From Octopus bimaculoides (lineage: Eukaryota), in the NCBI RefSeq assembly GCF_001194135.2, contig NC_068981.1, positions 173,853,195 to 173,917,021 of the forward strand: DNA of 63,827 bases, given 5' to 3'. A program made the position numbers and the translations under genes. Each line of letters begins with the position of its first letter. Position 1 is the stretch's first letter. Positions 1 through 13,449 of the stretch are shown here, one piece after another. The notes under the pieces are model-generated. The model was not told where the DNA came from and made no database searches. It worked only from the letters and a program-made list of their open reading frames with translations.

Positions 1-34
<34 letters not shown>

Positions 35-257
35 TATATGTTTGTGTGTCTGTGTTTGTCCCCCCAACATTGCTTGACAACCGATGCTGGTGTGTTTACA
101 TCCCCGTAACTTAGCAGTTTGGCAAAAGAGACCGAAAGAATAAGTACTAGGCTTACAAAGAATAAGTCCTGGGTTCAATTTGATCGACTAAAGGTGGCGC
201 TCCAGCATGGCCACAGTCAAATGACTGAAACAAGTAAAAGAGTAAATGAGTAAAAGA
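1..257 (+). mobile_element. 3' half of tRNA-derived SINE including (TG)n tract
   Basis: (TG)n followed by ...CTTGACAACCGATGCTGGTGTG...CAAATGACTGAAACAAGTAAAAGAG; reverse complement of the fuller copy at 17102-17483. Confidence 0.85.
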
Positions 258-1168
258 TAGTAAACATTCTTTTTTAACTGAAAACATCATAGGACAGGTC
301 TCTTCCAGAAATTTTCTTTTTTTTATATCGGTGTCCGTGATGTTTTGTAGTATATCTGAAGCTGGTGAGGTTAAGGGAAGAGACATCACAGCTTATGGTT
401 TACTGTAGTAGGAAGTAGCCCATAAGATATTGAGTTCTTCTCTCACAGAAGACCTGGTCTAAATACTTTCAACAGAGTGCATTCTACCAGCCAGGAAGTG
501 ATGCTAAACAGAGTGATGGATCATAATAATTTAAAAGTGATTGATTCTTTTGTATTTCTATTTAAAAGCTACTTAAACATGTAAAAACTCTTAGAACAAG
601 AAGAAAATTAACTCTCTGGACTGAAATAAAAATAATCATAGCAATAGTATAATTATGTTATATATCTCTATTTTTCTATATGTAATGTATATGGAACAAG
701 TCTAAAGGAGATGATTCATAAAATTCTTTGATAATTGAGATTCAGATTTGTTTTTTATATAATTTCAAATAACAACTCTTATTCTTTTTGTATCTTGTCA
801 AAGTAGCTGTTTTTTCAGTATGTAACTACATGAAGATGTTATGTAACTGATGAAAATTGAATATTTAGGAATGTAGTAAACTCTTGTAAGGGGTTTAATC
901 ATTTGAATATGTAAATATAAATTTGAATTCTAGACAAAGATGAGAAGTGTATTGAAAGATAAACAGTCTTGTGTTGCTGTAGGTATGCAATAAAAATAAA
1001 TGATACACTATATTAAATGTGAGTCAACATTTCTGATCTTAATGAAATTTCGAATTAATTTTATGTTCAAAATTTTGAAGAAAAAATATACTTGTTGTTC
1101 AGTGTTACATTTTAGGTACTTGCAAACTGAATTAAGTATGCTTGGTACAATATTTGTCTTTGGCTTAA

Positions 1169-1400
1169 CCCTTTAGCATTTAAGTTTGCCATATGTGGCT
1201 CAAATATTATCTGTTTCATGTTCAAATTGACCAGCTCCAACCTCTCACATCTACCTATAATATCATTCTAAAACCAAACAGTCACATTACTGAAATCTCA
1301 AAGCTACAAAATAATGCATAATTAATTCAAAACAATATGAATAGCCAAGAATTTCATTTGACAGTAATCTGAATTTAGCATTCAGATTACTCTGTCAAAT
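1169..1400 (-). mobile_element. piggyBac-type MITE copy (TTAA-CCCTTTAGCAT end) with snap-back right end
   Basis: TTAA at 1165-1168 then CCCTTTAGCATT; body is the reverse complement of the copies at 13188 and 16445. Confidence 0.7.
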
Positions 1401-1623
1401 TGATTGTACAATTTCAATTTTATGACTGCAATCTCAGTCAAAATAAGAAATAACTAAATTTCAGATGATGCAAAGAGAGTTGAGAGATGTGTTGTATGTC
1501 TAGAAAGCATTTATGTGGAAAGTAAAGAAAAAAATTTTTTTAATGGGGTTGTTAATGATATATTTGATTTGTTCGTATGTAAATTGTTATTTTAATGCTC
1601 TACAGCCATCTTTAATTTGATAA

Positions 1624-1776
<153 letters not shown>

Positions 1777-2009
1777 TAAGTAGTAACTCCAGTTTTCAAA
1801 TCTCTTATATTATATGAGATGTGTAACTGTGTGAAATTATACAGTGAATGGTTGTTGAAGAATGAGTTGGAAGAGGAATATGTTCCATCGAATGCTTTGT
1901 GTTAATTTATGAGAAAACTCTTAAGTTAGGACAGCTACAGTATTGATAAATGCTATATATATGCACAATAAGCAAATTAGTGATGATGAATGAAAAACTG
2001 ACAGGAATT

Positions 2010-2298
2010 CATCATCATCATCATCGTTTAACATCCGCTTTCCATGCTGGCATAGGTTGGACGATTTGATTGAGGACTGGCAAGCCAGAAGGCTGCACCA
2101 GGCTCCAATCTGATCTGGCAGTGTTTCTACAGCTGGATGCCCTTCCTAACGCCAACCACTCCAAGAGTGTAGTGGGTGCTTTTACATGACACCGGCACGA
2201 GGGCCAGTCACACGGTACTGGCAACAGCCATGCTCAAAAAGGTGTTTTCTACGTGCCACCTGCACAGGAGTCAGTCCAGTGGCACTGGCAATGACCAT
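2010..2298 (-). mobile_element. RTE-LINE 3' end / RTE-tailed SINE with (GAT)n tail
   Basis: (CAT)n CGTTTAAC.TCCGCTTTCCATGC...; same sequence as the 3' UTR attached to RTE coding sequence at 19145-20250. Confidence 0.85.
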
Positions 2299-2619
2299 GG
2301 AAAATAAACTTGATAGACAAAAATGACTTGGGACAAACTGCCTGGAGTAAACTAATAATAATTACAAGTTAGATGATGTAATATTAAGGTATATAGTAAA
2401 CTGTTGTGTTACAGTCACATCCATTGTGTATCAGGATGGAAATATTTGTTTTTAATGACAGTGAAAGTTTTTTGGTTTAATAAGAGTAGTTGGAGAGAGA
2501 TTGGCTGGTGGTCTAAAGTAATGAATTTTATCTAAAAAAAAGTATCATTTTTCCATCAGCAGAAATGTCTATATTAGCTGTGGCAGGTGAACTATGGTTA
2601 ATATTATGTCATTAAAATG

Positions 2620-2945
2620 TCCATGGCAGTGTGGTAAGAAGCTTGCTTCCCAACTACATAGTTTTGGGTTCAGATCCACTGTGTGGCACCTTGGGCAAGT
2701 GTCTTTTACTATAGTCTTGGGCTGATAAAATCCTTGTGAGTGGATTTAGTAGGCAGAAACTGAAAGAAGCCTGTCGTATGTATATCTATGTGTGTGTCTT
2801 TTTGTCTGTGTTTGTCTCTCCATCACCACCTAACAACTGGTGTTGGTGTATTTATGTCCCCATAACTTAGAGGTTTGGCAAAAGAGACTGATAGAATAAG
2901 TACTAGGCTTAAAAATTAAGTCCTGGGGTTGAATTGTTCAACTAA
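2620..2945 (+). mobile_element. tRNA-derived SINE with CORE-like centre
   Basis: tRNA-like head, GGCACCTTGGGCAAGTGTC core, GT-rich linker, 3' part as at 1-257. Confidence 0.8.
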
Positions 2946-3199
2946 AACTCATTTAAATTGTAAGCTATTATTACAAGAAAAGAAAGAAATATGCCATGTG
3001 AAGTTTTTCTATTAGTTGATGAATTCTTTACACATTCTGTATGGATAGGTTTGCTGATATAGTTTATGCAACCACAATTGTTGTAATTTTCAATTTTCCA
3101 TCCACATTTATTGTATATTTTCTTATTAATAACTTTTTTTTCTCATATAACTTATTTTATATAAATTTGTTATATCCCATTCAATATGTATTTTAATAG

Positions 3200-3585
<386 letters not shown>

Positions 3586-3690
3586 TTATACACTATAGTC
3601 ATGTGTAATTATACATTTCTTAGAACAGAAGTAGAATAATTTTCTCAGGGAAAAAAACTCCTCCAAAAAAGCAAAAATTAAAACAAATTA

Positions 3691-4180
3691 CTTTATATAC
3701 TGGCATACAGAAAAGAATTTAAACTTTAAAAAAAATCACCCCAAAACTAGGGGTCGTCTTATATACCCTGTGTAAAATTGACACCTAAGTGACGTCACTA
3801 CAGTAGTGTTTACACCAGTCAGGTACATTTGATGTGTATTATAGTAGGTAATATACAATATCTGGCCACTTTTTGAGAAGAACTGGATAAATTTTAAGTA
3901 ACCAAGACAGCAAAATTGTTGTATACAAAGTTTACTGATTGAAACATAGTTAAGATGCTATTGAAGCACAAGAAAAGCAGAGGCTTCAGGGGCCACTGGG
4001 GCAGTTACAGCTCACCCAACCCCTTTATCTATGAAGCTTGTACCTTTCAGCACTCAAGCTATTTTCCATGAAAACTTGGTGTAGTCTAAAAAACAAGTAT
4101 AGCTCAAAACCTACTTTTTAAATTGGAATTCCTGGGGATCATCTTGTACACGTAATCGTTTTATATGCTGGTATATACAG
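3691..4180. mobile_element. Non-autonomous Tc1/mariner (pogo/Tigger-like) MITE
   Basis: Imperfect TIRs CTTTATATACTGGCATA / TATGCTGGTATATACAG, TA on both flanks, subterminal GGGGTCGTCTTATA. Confidence 0.6.
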
Positions 4181-4748
4181 TATATATTATTAAATTTTGT
4201 TCAGATCAATATATCAGAACCCTAGATGATAAATGAATAAAAGGAAAGTACAATGAATTACAGTAATACCAATAATTATCCTGTATCCACATTAAATCAT
4301 GTCCTACTAAATAAATATGGCCATGTAGCTCTTCTGAATATTTGTATTTGGTGTTTCACTTGTATTCATCATACTGGATCTACTATCTTCATTGAAGTCA
4401 CATTAAAAGATTAAACTTGTTGGAAATAAGCTTTATAGCAGTCCTTGCAGTGTCACTGGTGCTAAGCTGTATCAGCCTTTGCCTTTCCCCTTGGATAACA
4501 GTGGCATGGAGAGAGGAGGCTGGTATGCATGGGCAACTGCTGGTCTTCCATAAACAACCTTGCCTGGACTTGTGCTTGGAGGAGAACTTTCTATGTGCAA
4601 TCCTATGGTCATTCATGACCGAATGGAGTTTTTACCTCTTTTTTTTTTTTTTGATCCCACTCACATTTATATGAAAAAAAGAAACATTTCAACAATAATG
4701 ATAATGATGTATAATTTTGTTAATGCATTAATCTTTTTTTTTTTCTAG

Positions 4749-4871
<123 letters not shown>

Positions 4872-5061
4872 TAAAATGAGTAATTGATATTGGATTGTTT
4901 TATTTCTTCATTTTCCATTTATTTATGATTAAACAGTTGACTAACTATGGCAACCGAGAGTGTTCCGAGTGAAAATGGGAAACTGCCTGTTCATCAACCC
5001 ATTTCTGTTTCTTTACTTTGTAATCTCTTGATAGTGAAGATGTTGTAATCAGATGTAAAGC

Positions 5062-5375
5062 AGGCACAGGTGTAGCCTTGCAGTTAAGAAGTTTGCCTCC
5101 TACCATTTGGTCTTAGGTTCTGTCCTGCTATGTGGCATCTTGAGCAAGTGTCTTCTACTATAGCTTCAGGTTGAACAAAGTCTTGTGATTGTGGTTGGAT
5201 TTGGTAGATGGAAACTGGAAGAAGCTTATCGTGTGTGTTTGTATGTACCCTTGTCTTGACATCACATGACGATTGCAAACAAGTACCACTTTTATATGGG
5301 TCAGGTTGTTCTTTTGTAGTCTTCCATGCAAAACAAATCTGTTGAGAAACTTATTCAACACAATGTAAAAGTGTT
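5062..5375 (+). mobile_element. tRNA/CORE-like SINE, alternative 3' part
   Basis: Head and core as at 2620; 3' part resembles copies at 33968 and 36936. Confidence 0.7.
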
Positions 5376-6177
5376 GTGTGTACACATAAACTTGATTATA
5401 GTGTTAGGTTTTTCTGTCAGAAAATATATTGAAGTCCTTACAAATTCTCAACTATTACAAGCAGTTATGAAATAATTATTATGAAATAAATAAATAATAT
5501 ATAAAATGCGATAATTTTGACTTATCTAATACCCATTTTCATATCAATAATAGGAAAGCTTAAAATATGATGATAATGAGGATGATTAAGAAACTTTTAT
5601 AGTGTGCAGTTACTGTTTTCTTAAAGAGTGTATGCTTGTGAAAATGTATATTATCATTAATATAAAGCAGCATATTTGCAATTATAGCACCTAGTTTTTT
5701 TTCTTCTACATTCTGACAAAAATTTTGTTTCCAATTCATCCAGGTTCACTAAAATACCCACCAAGCATGCTCAACCTCACTCTATAAAAATTGCCTTTGT
5801 ACTAATGTGAGACATTTTGAATGACAGATTCAGTAGAGCAATGAACAAAATGCTTTGTGGAATTTAGTTATATTCTGAGTTCAAATCCAGCAGGGAATGT
5901 TTTTTCATTGTTGCAAAGTTTGATAAATTAAAGCACCAGTCAAGTACTGGTGTCTGTTTGATTGACTCAACTCTCACCCAGCAAAATGCATAAGCCTTGT
6001 AACAGTAATTATAATTGCAGTATGATAAAGAACATGAAAAGTAACAAAAATATACCAAGGCCTCAACTTCATACACAGTCCAAAAATAACTCTGCTTGCT
6101 TCAGTAGATATTCTGCACAAGATAACTTCAATTCAGTATATCTTGGTTTGTCATTGTGTTTGTGCATATATATATAT

Positions 6178-6530
6178 TATCATCATCATTGTCATTTAAC
6201 GTTCGTTTTCCATGCTGGCATGGGTTGGATGGTTTGACTGATGTCTGGCAAGCCAGAAGGCTGCACCAGGCTCCAATCCAATCTGGCAATGTTTCTACAG
6301 CTGGATGCCCTTCCTAACACCAACTCATGCTGGCACCGCATAAAAAGCACTCAGGCCAGCACCACTTCAAAGGCATTCATGCCAGTGCCATGTAAAAAGC
6401 ACTTTTGCTGGCACCATGTTGATGCCACATAAAAAGCACCTATGTAAAGTGGTTGGCATTAGGAAGGGCATCCAACCATACAAACCTGTCCAACCCATGC
6501 CAGCATGGAAAACAGACATTTAATGATAAT
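6178..6530. mobile_element. Two (GAT)n-tailed RTE 3' ends in inverted orientation (fold-back)
   Basis: CATTTAACGTTCGTTTTCCATGCTGGCATGGGTTGGA at left; TCCAACCCATGCCAGCATGGAAAACAGACATTTAATG at right. Confidence 0.75.
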
Positions 6531-6532
6531 GA

Positions 6533-6898
<366 letters not shown>

Positions 6899-7400
6899 TG
6901 AGCTTTTATTGAAAATCTAACTAAAAATATTCTTTAGGTTAGCTCTATAAAATTCAGCGCATACTAAGTTAATCTGAGATGGCTTTGTTTGAGAGCTATA
7001 GTTTGCTGAATTAGTTGAGAACCAGAAAAACATGCAAATAGCCTCTGGTAAAATTATTTTAAATGTAACTCTGTGTTCTTCTTCTAACTGTAATTGAAGC
7101 ACTGTTACTGCTTCATACAAACATTCTCGGCTGCATCCCAAAATGGATCAGGTTGATCCACTAAGATTTACTAAGTCCACCTGATGTATTGCATTACTAC
7201 TTCTTGTCATCCTCAACAAAAGCCTCACATTTAACATTTTCTCCAAAACTTCAGTCTCTTGGATTCTATTGCTGTTAATATTTTTGATTTAAATACCAAT
7301 TTACTGAAATTTAAGATGATCTTTCAACTGCATCAATTTTCACCAATCTAGGAGATCCTACAAAAGTCATGAGTGTCATGTCCCTTTCCTCTGACTAAAT

Positions 7401-7623
7401 CAGTGGTTCTTATAAAATTTTGCTGTTAAAATTTAAGTGCAATAAATTGGCTTATTTTCTACAATACACAAAAATACTTTCACAATTTTTTATACAATTC
7501 CTAATAATATTTAATTATATAAATATCATAGGATTTTGTTAAACATTGAATGGGTATGCAGATCCAGTAGAGTAAAATAGGAATCAAAGGGGTCCATAGG
7601 CAAAAAAGGGTTGAGAACCACTG
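7401..7623. mobile_element. hAT (Charlie/MER5-like) MITE
   Basis: Ends CAGTGGTTCT / GGTTGAGAACCACTG; 8-bp flanks GACTAAAT / AACTAAAT (7/8 match); related to 60390-60707. Confidence 0.75.
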
Positions 7624-8069
7624 AACTAAATAATGAAATAAAAGCTGATGAAATATTGTGGTTATATCCTGTAAGAACTTCATCCATTTTAGATGATAGA
7701 AACCTCTTTCTCTGGAATTAATAGTGCTAATTGTAGGGTCGTGTCAGACAATTGATTCCAATTATCACATCAGTGTGAAATTTTTCTTTTTTTTTTTTCT
7801 TTAAAATATTGAATCAAGTCCTTTTAAGAATATAAATTTATTTTTTTTACAATCTAGATAAGTTTTCAACAGAAAATATGTAAACAGATTAAGTGAAAAC
7901 AAATACAGCTAAAGAACCTGTTTGTCTGTAACAGGAATTGTTGCAACTAGTATTAAAACTTGTTTTTGAAATCAAACGAATTATCTGAAAATTGCAATCA
8001 CCAAAATGTTAAGTTTATATACATTAATTTACATTTGATGGATATTTGTCCTCATCTTGTTTGTTGTTA

Positions 8070-8113
8070 ACACAATGTTTCGGCTGATATACCCTCCAGC
8101 CTTCATCAGGTGT
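8070..8113 (-). ncRNA. Minimal type-I hammerhead ribozyme motif (antisense copy)
   Basis: Reverse complement ACAC-CTGATGA-A-GGCTG-(GAGGGTATAT)-CAGCC-GAAA-CA-TT-GTGT; G>A change in the ACGT stem III. Confidence 0.65.
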
Positions 8114-8184
8114 CTTGGGGAAATTTCAAACCTAGGTTCTCATTCCTAAGGTATTTTTTGATGTTATTATTATTATATGCCCAC

Positions 8185-8257
8185 GGGCATATGGTGTAGT
8201 GGTTAAGAGCGCGGGCTACTAACCCCAAGATTCCAAGTTCGATTCCAGGCAGTGACC
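8185..8257 (+). ncRNA. tRNA-derived Pol III promoter head (not a functional tRNA)
   Basis: A box TGGTGTAGTGG 8192-8202, B box GTTCGATTCC 8237-8246; anticodon stem poorly paired, anticodon position reads ACT. Confidence 0.75.
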
Positions 8258-8320
8258 TGAATAATAATAATATCGAAAACTACCTTAGGAATGAGAACCC
8301 AGGTTCGAAATTTCCCCAAG

Positions 8321-8364
8321 ACACCTGATGAAGGCTGGAGGGTATATCAGCCGAAATGTTGTGT
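8321..8364 (+). ncRNA. Minimal type-I hammerhead ribozyme motif (sense to PRPF4B pre-mRNA)
   Basis: ACAC-CTGATGA-A-GGCTG-(GAGGGTATAT)-CAGCC-GAAA-TG-TT-GTGT; stems I and II pair; C>T change in the ACGT stem III. Confidence 0.7.
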
Positions 8365-8452
8365 TAACAACAAACAAGATGAAGACAAATATCCGTCAAA
8401 TGTAAATAATGTACATAATTTCTCATCTCTTAAATATAGAATTGTATGTTAA

Positions 8453-8725
<273 letters not shown>

Positions 8726-8828
8726 AGACAAGGGATTTCACTGATGGTTGACTCTTCACTGTTTCTCATTTTCTTTCCCTTTATCTTCATATTTAAAAAT
8801 TCAAGACATTGTAAAAGAAAAATGCTAA

Positions 8829-8834
8829 AATAAA
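8829..8834 (+). terminator. Candidate PRPF4B polyadenylation signal AATAAA
   Basis: First AATAAA ~100 nt after the stop. Confidence 0.45.
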
Positions 8835-10641
8835 AAAGTTCTTTTCACTTGTATAAAAAAAAAAAATTAAACCTCCAAGTAGTATTTGCTCTAAAAATAG
8901 TTGAACTGAATTGTTAATATTGAGCAATGCAAATGTTCATTAAATTGAGGTAAATATGCCAAACCCTTTTCACATTGTTGTTCTCTTTTTTGCATTTCAA
9001 AAATCTTTTTGTCTCTTACTTTATCTCTCATAGAAATGTTTACAGTGAAACATATACTAGCTGAGCTATTCAAAAGTTCATATCTAGAAATTAAGACATC
9101 ATATTTTATTCATGGTTTCTTTCTTTTGTTCTGATGTTCAATTTTTCCACACTGGCACAAAGTGGACAATAATTATTGAAACAATTTTCTATGAATGGAT
9201 GCTCTTCTTGTCAGAATCCTTGTTCTACAATTGTCTTTATTCCACTGGTTTTCACATGTTGAAACTACCAAGCAGTGAGAACATATTGCTTACAGAAGAT
9301 GTAAACAAACATCATAATTTTTGCTTCAAAAGTGATAATATGATGACATGGATACAAATGTGCATCTGTACACACACACACAATGGGTTTCCATACAATT
9401 TTTGTCCATATTTCACTCACAAGGCATTGGTCAACTCAAGGCTGTTGTAGAAGACACTTGCTCTTGGTGTCACACACTGAACTCAAAACAAAATTTTGCA
9501 CCCACACAGCGCATACCTGTGCCTGTAATTATCATCATCCTTTTGCATCCACTTCCATGCTGGCATGGATTAGATGGGTTACTGCTGTTTTCCTAGATGG
9601 GTCAAAGAACTTTTAAGTTTTTTTTTAGAGTGGGGGGATGTCCTTTACAACCTATTCACAGGGTGAATTGGGTGCATTATATCATGGCACCAGCACTAAA
9701 GAGGATAGGAGTGAAAAAGTGATGAATAGCAAGAAGCCTGTTCTGTCCTGGCTCTGTTTCTCTCTTTTGACTCCTCAGTCCATAGCATAACACAATTGTA
9801 GCTCTACTCAATTGAAAAGGATTGTAGCCTTGCAGGCTACACAACAACTTCACTAGTGCTGGTTCCATGAAAAAAAAGGCACTCAACACTCACACACACA
9901 ATATAAAGTGGTTGGCATTAGGAATGGCATCCAGTCATAGTATCCATGCTAAAGCAGATATTAAAGTGCGATGCAATTTTTGGGCCCATCAGATTCTGTT
10001 AAATTGTCCAACTCATGCCAGCATAGAACCTAGATGTTAAAATGATAGGCTTTCTTAACATTAACCATTTGACAGAAATATGTTTGACAAATAGCTGGCT
10101 TCCTAGTTAAACTAATTCATAAGTACAATTGTTTTCTAATAAGAGTAGAGTAAAACCAATAAATTGCTGCTAACTTACTGCTGGTAATTATTTTATCAAC
10201 TCTTGTAAGAATTAAATACAAAGTTAACGCTAAAAACATTTGATCCCACAAACAGGAGACACCAAACTAGATGTGAAAAAATTTCTCTAGTGATCTGTTC
10301 TATTTAGATTTTTAATAAAGATTTCTTGTATGAGAAATTTTAAACTGAAATATATGTACCTTTCCTAAGGCTTTAAGCAATGTGAAAGAAGTGCACTTGA
10401 TTTGAGTAATGTAATAAGTTTTTACCTTTTACTTGTTTTGGTCATTGGAGTACAACCATGCTGGGGTACTGCCTTGAAGGTTTTAATTCACACAAATTTA
10501 TCTCAATACTTATCTAAGCCTGGTAATAAAATGTTTTAATATATTTGCTGATATGACTTGATAGTGCACAGTCTTGTACCAAGTTCTTAACAAATTTGAG
10601 GGGAAAAAAAAAAGAGAAAATTTATGAATACATAAATATAA

Positions 10642-10647
10642 TTTATT
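10642..10647 (-). terminator. Candidate SURF1 polyadenylation signal AATAAA
   Basis: TTTATT on the + strand a few nt past the SURF1 stop. Confidence 0.35.
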
Positions 10648-10653
10648 CAAACA

Positions 10654-10762
10654 CTATGAAAATTTTCTTGAATTAATTACTATATCAGCAGGGCGCTGAG
10701 GAGGTGGGGGTCGGCGAAACATACGGTACCACATCCATGCAGTTATAGCACTTAATGTGTAC
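10654..10762 (-). CDS. SURF1: SURF1 terminal exon ((W)YTLSAITAWMWYRMFRRPPPPQRPADIVINSRKFS*)
   Basis: Poly-T...CCCACAG acceptor; completes the TWY motif of TM2; TAG at 10654-10656. Confidence 0.92.
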
Positions 10763-11207
10763 CTGTGGGCAAAAAAAAATATATTAGTAAACAATTTTTA
10801 AATGCAAACACTTAACATGCATTAAAATTATATCATCATCATTCTCATTTTTGTATGATAATATTCAGGAGGCTGTTGTCTTTAGGTTTACATTATCAGA
10901 AATAACTATAAACCCCTATGTGTTTTGTTTTGCTTTCCTTTTGATCTCCAGTACTTTTCAATATCTAAGATACTGCATCAAAAGTTGCTTTTAGGAGATA
11001 ATCTATCCTAATTTTAATTTCTGTCTTGGCCAGCCAGCCAGTTATTAGAGTGTCTGTAGAGTTGCTACAACTAGTTTAAATATATATGTGTATGTGTGTG
11101 TGTTTCAGCAGATCATTGCTATGTAAGAAATCATAAAGCATCACAGTTTGTACACAAGCATTTTGTTTTTCTCTCTGACAGAAAGTTTTTGTTATCAACA
11201 GAAGTAC

Positions 11208-11578
11208 TAGCTCCCTGAACTTTCTCCAGTTCCTTATTACTCAAGCTATTATACTTCTAGGGTACCTTCCATTGCTAATTAGGTTACCTAGATAATGAAA
11301 GCTATTAACGATTCATAGGAGTCCTTCCAAGCATTTGAAAGAATCTATTTCCTGTGTGCTCTTAATGTTTATTGTCCCTATGTATCTGTCACACTTTCTA
11401 ACTGGGATCCAACTGTACCAACAGTTCGGTATCTGTATGGAATTACCCCCGACTCCTTTTCTCCATATCAAGCAGGGCCATTTCCTTGAAGGTAAAAGGG
11501 TCCTTTCTGCTTACTAATACCCTACACTTTGCTAAGTTTACTTTGAGGCTTCTCAATTCTAGGTTTTGTTTCCATTTA
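11208..11578 (-). mobile_element. Decayed RTE LINE reverse-transcriptase C-terminal fragment
   Basis: Translates to WKQNLE..LKVNLAK...SFHYLG...WRKFREL with stops and frameshifts. Confidence 0.75.
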
Positions 11579-11639
11579 CACATTTACACACACAATATAT
11601 ATTGGCATCATTTTAACCTTGACTTTTCCCTGATCACAT

Positions 11640-11990
11640 GAATTAAATGGAATTTGTTGTGGTGGATTTTCTATGGCTGGATGTCTTTCCTGTCACCAAC
11701 CCTCACCTGTTTCCAAGTAAGGTGATATTTCCAGATATGCTTTTATGGAAGATTAGAAAGGAAGTGCATTACTTGCATGACGATGACATTTGCTTACAAC
11801 CACCATGCATGTCAAGGCAAAGAATCAGTAACACACATATAGATGGGCTTCTTTCAGTTTCCATCTCCCAAATTCACTCAAGGTTTTGGTTGTTCTGGGG
11901 CTATAGTAAAAGACACTTGCACAAGGTGTCACACAGTGGGGCTGAACCCCCAAACCACACCATGTGATTGGGAAGCAACCATCTTTCCTC
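11640..11990 (-). mobile_element. tRNA/CORE-like SINE with RTE-like 3' part
   Basis: Reverse complement of the type at 33968-34375. Confidence 0.7.
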
Positions 11991-12059
11991 CCACACACAC
12001 ACATACATATATCGTTTTGTTTTTCAGTGCAAAAATCAGCGCAGTGGTAGCAGTGTGTA

Positions 12060-12460
12060 TAGTCTATTGTATCTGGTGTAGTTACTTTGATTACAAATCC
12101 ATACTAGAACATTTCATAGGAGAATGTTACAAGTCTCTTACAAGGATCATCGTACAAATGAATGGGTGTAACAACAACTAGGTAAAAGATGACAACTGAA
12201 CATTGTGAAAAAACAAAAGCTCATCTATTATAGTCATATTTGAACAAGGAATTCTGGAAAACATTACCAAGGAAGGAAGAGTAGAGGGTAGTAGATCAAG
12301 AGGCAGGCAAAGAACGCAATGGATGGACAATATCATAAGCTGGTTGGACAAGAGTGGCAATGCAGCTGGAGGACTTGTGCTTAATCCAGAAGACTTTTGT
12401 TTATAGTGCCATCTATGCACTGCAGGCATACAATACATGATGACAATGACAACAAGCATT
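12060..12460 (+). mobile_element. Decayed RTE (BovB-like) LINE 3' fragment
   Basis: QVSYKDHRTNEWV...EGRVEGSRSRGRQRTQWMDNI across frames, typical of the RTE C-terminus. Confidence 0.65.
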
Positions 12461-12638
12461 TCTTACAGCCATCTTCATAACAACACAACCAGTGCTGTAA
12501 ATTTCTAACCTTAATACCACAAACACACTAACTTGACATTAGATTTCCTTCTTTTTGTAATATAAACTATAAGAAAAATAACAAATTTACTGTCCCATAT
12601 GTTTAACGGAAGTGGATCATGTCAATACTCAAACTCAC

Positions 12639-12720
12639 CATGTAAATATGTAAGTCAGGTGTTCATTTCTGAGAGTAACTTTTGTTTGTCCACCAAGTGG
12701 GCCACCAGGCACTGTGCTGT
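12639..12720 (-). CDS. SURF1: SURF1 exon ([27 protein letters not shown])
   Basis: CCAACAG acceptor, GTGAGT donor; signature PGGPxGGQTxVxLRNEH. Confidence 0.97.
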
Positions 12721-13187
12721 CTGTTGGCAAAAATAATGAAAAGGCATATTTCAAATGAAATGGTAATTAATTACAATGTGTGAATGAATGATAAGCGTAT
12801 TAATAACCAGAATTTTTACCAACATTGTAATGTAATTACATGAAATAAAGTTGGAAAAATGAAAGAAAAAGAAGACATTGTTGCTTTTGTTTACAGGAAT
12901 AATCTATAATCTACTGAGTCAACAAATAGCCTGTGTGGTCACTCAACCTATAAGAACCAGTAATCAATCTCTTTGGAAGCCTATAAGCAATTATACCGTT
13001 ATTCACAAAGTGCAATAAAAAATAGAAGTACTACTGCTTGCCGTGTATCTTAGACCTTAGAATTATATCGTCTTTTAATTTTCAGATGTTAACAAAAGAT
13101 GATTGTGGTGGTCTACCTGATAACATTGATGGATTGTTAAATCATAATTTACCATTTTTCATGGGTATCAAAGCATTTTTCTTTTAA

Positions 13188-13406
13188 CCCTTTAGCATTC
13201 AGATTACTCTGTCAAATGTAATGCTTATTTATTCATTGTTTTCAAGTAATCATGCATTATCTTGTAGCTTCAAGATTTCAATGATGAGATTGCTTATCTT
13301 TAGAAAGACATTGTAGGGTAGGTGTGAGAGGTTGGATCTGACCAGTTTGAATGCAAAACAGGTAGAATATTTGGGCTGGATATAACCAGTTTAGATGCTA
13401 AAGAGT
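13188..13406 (+). mobile_element. piggyBac-type MITE
   Basis: TTAA-CCCTTTAGCAT ... ATGCTAAAAGAG-TTGA (degenerate right end). Confidence 0.7.
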
Positions 13407-13449
13407 TGAACACTCTTCTGATAATTGTTACCATCATGAAAATACTTAC

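Larger units (their letters stand above)
8021..8412 (+). mobile_element. tRNA-headed element with ~150-bp inverted arms carrying hammerhead motifs (Penelope-type tail)
   Basis: 8021-8176 is the near-exact reverse complement of 8260-8412; central tRNA-like segment 8185-8257. Confidence 0.8.

Noticed and set aside
8185-8257. Functional tRNA-Ser(ACT) gene
   Set aside because: Anticodon and acceptor stems pair poorly, ACT is not the usual eukaryotic Ser anticodon, there is no T-run terminator, and it is fused to a repeat tail.
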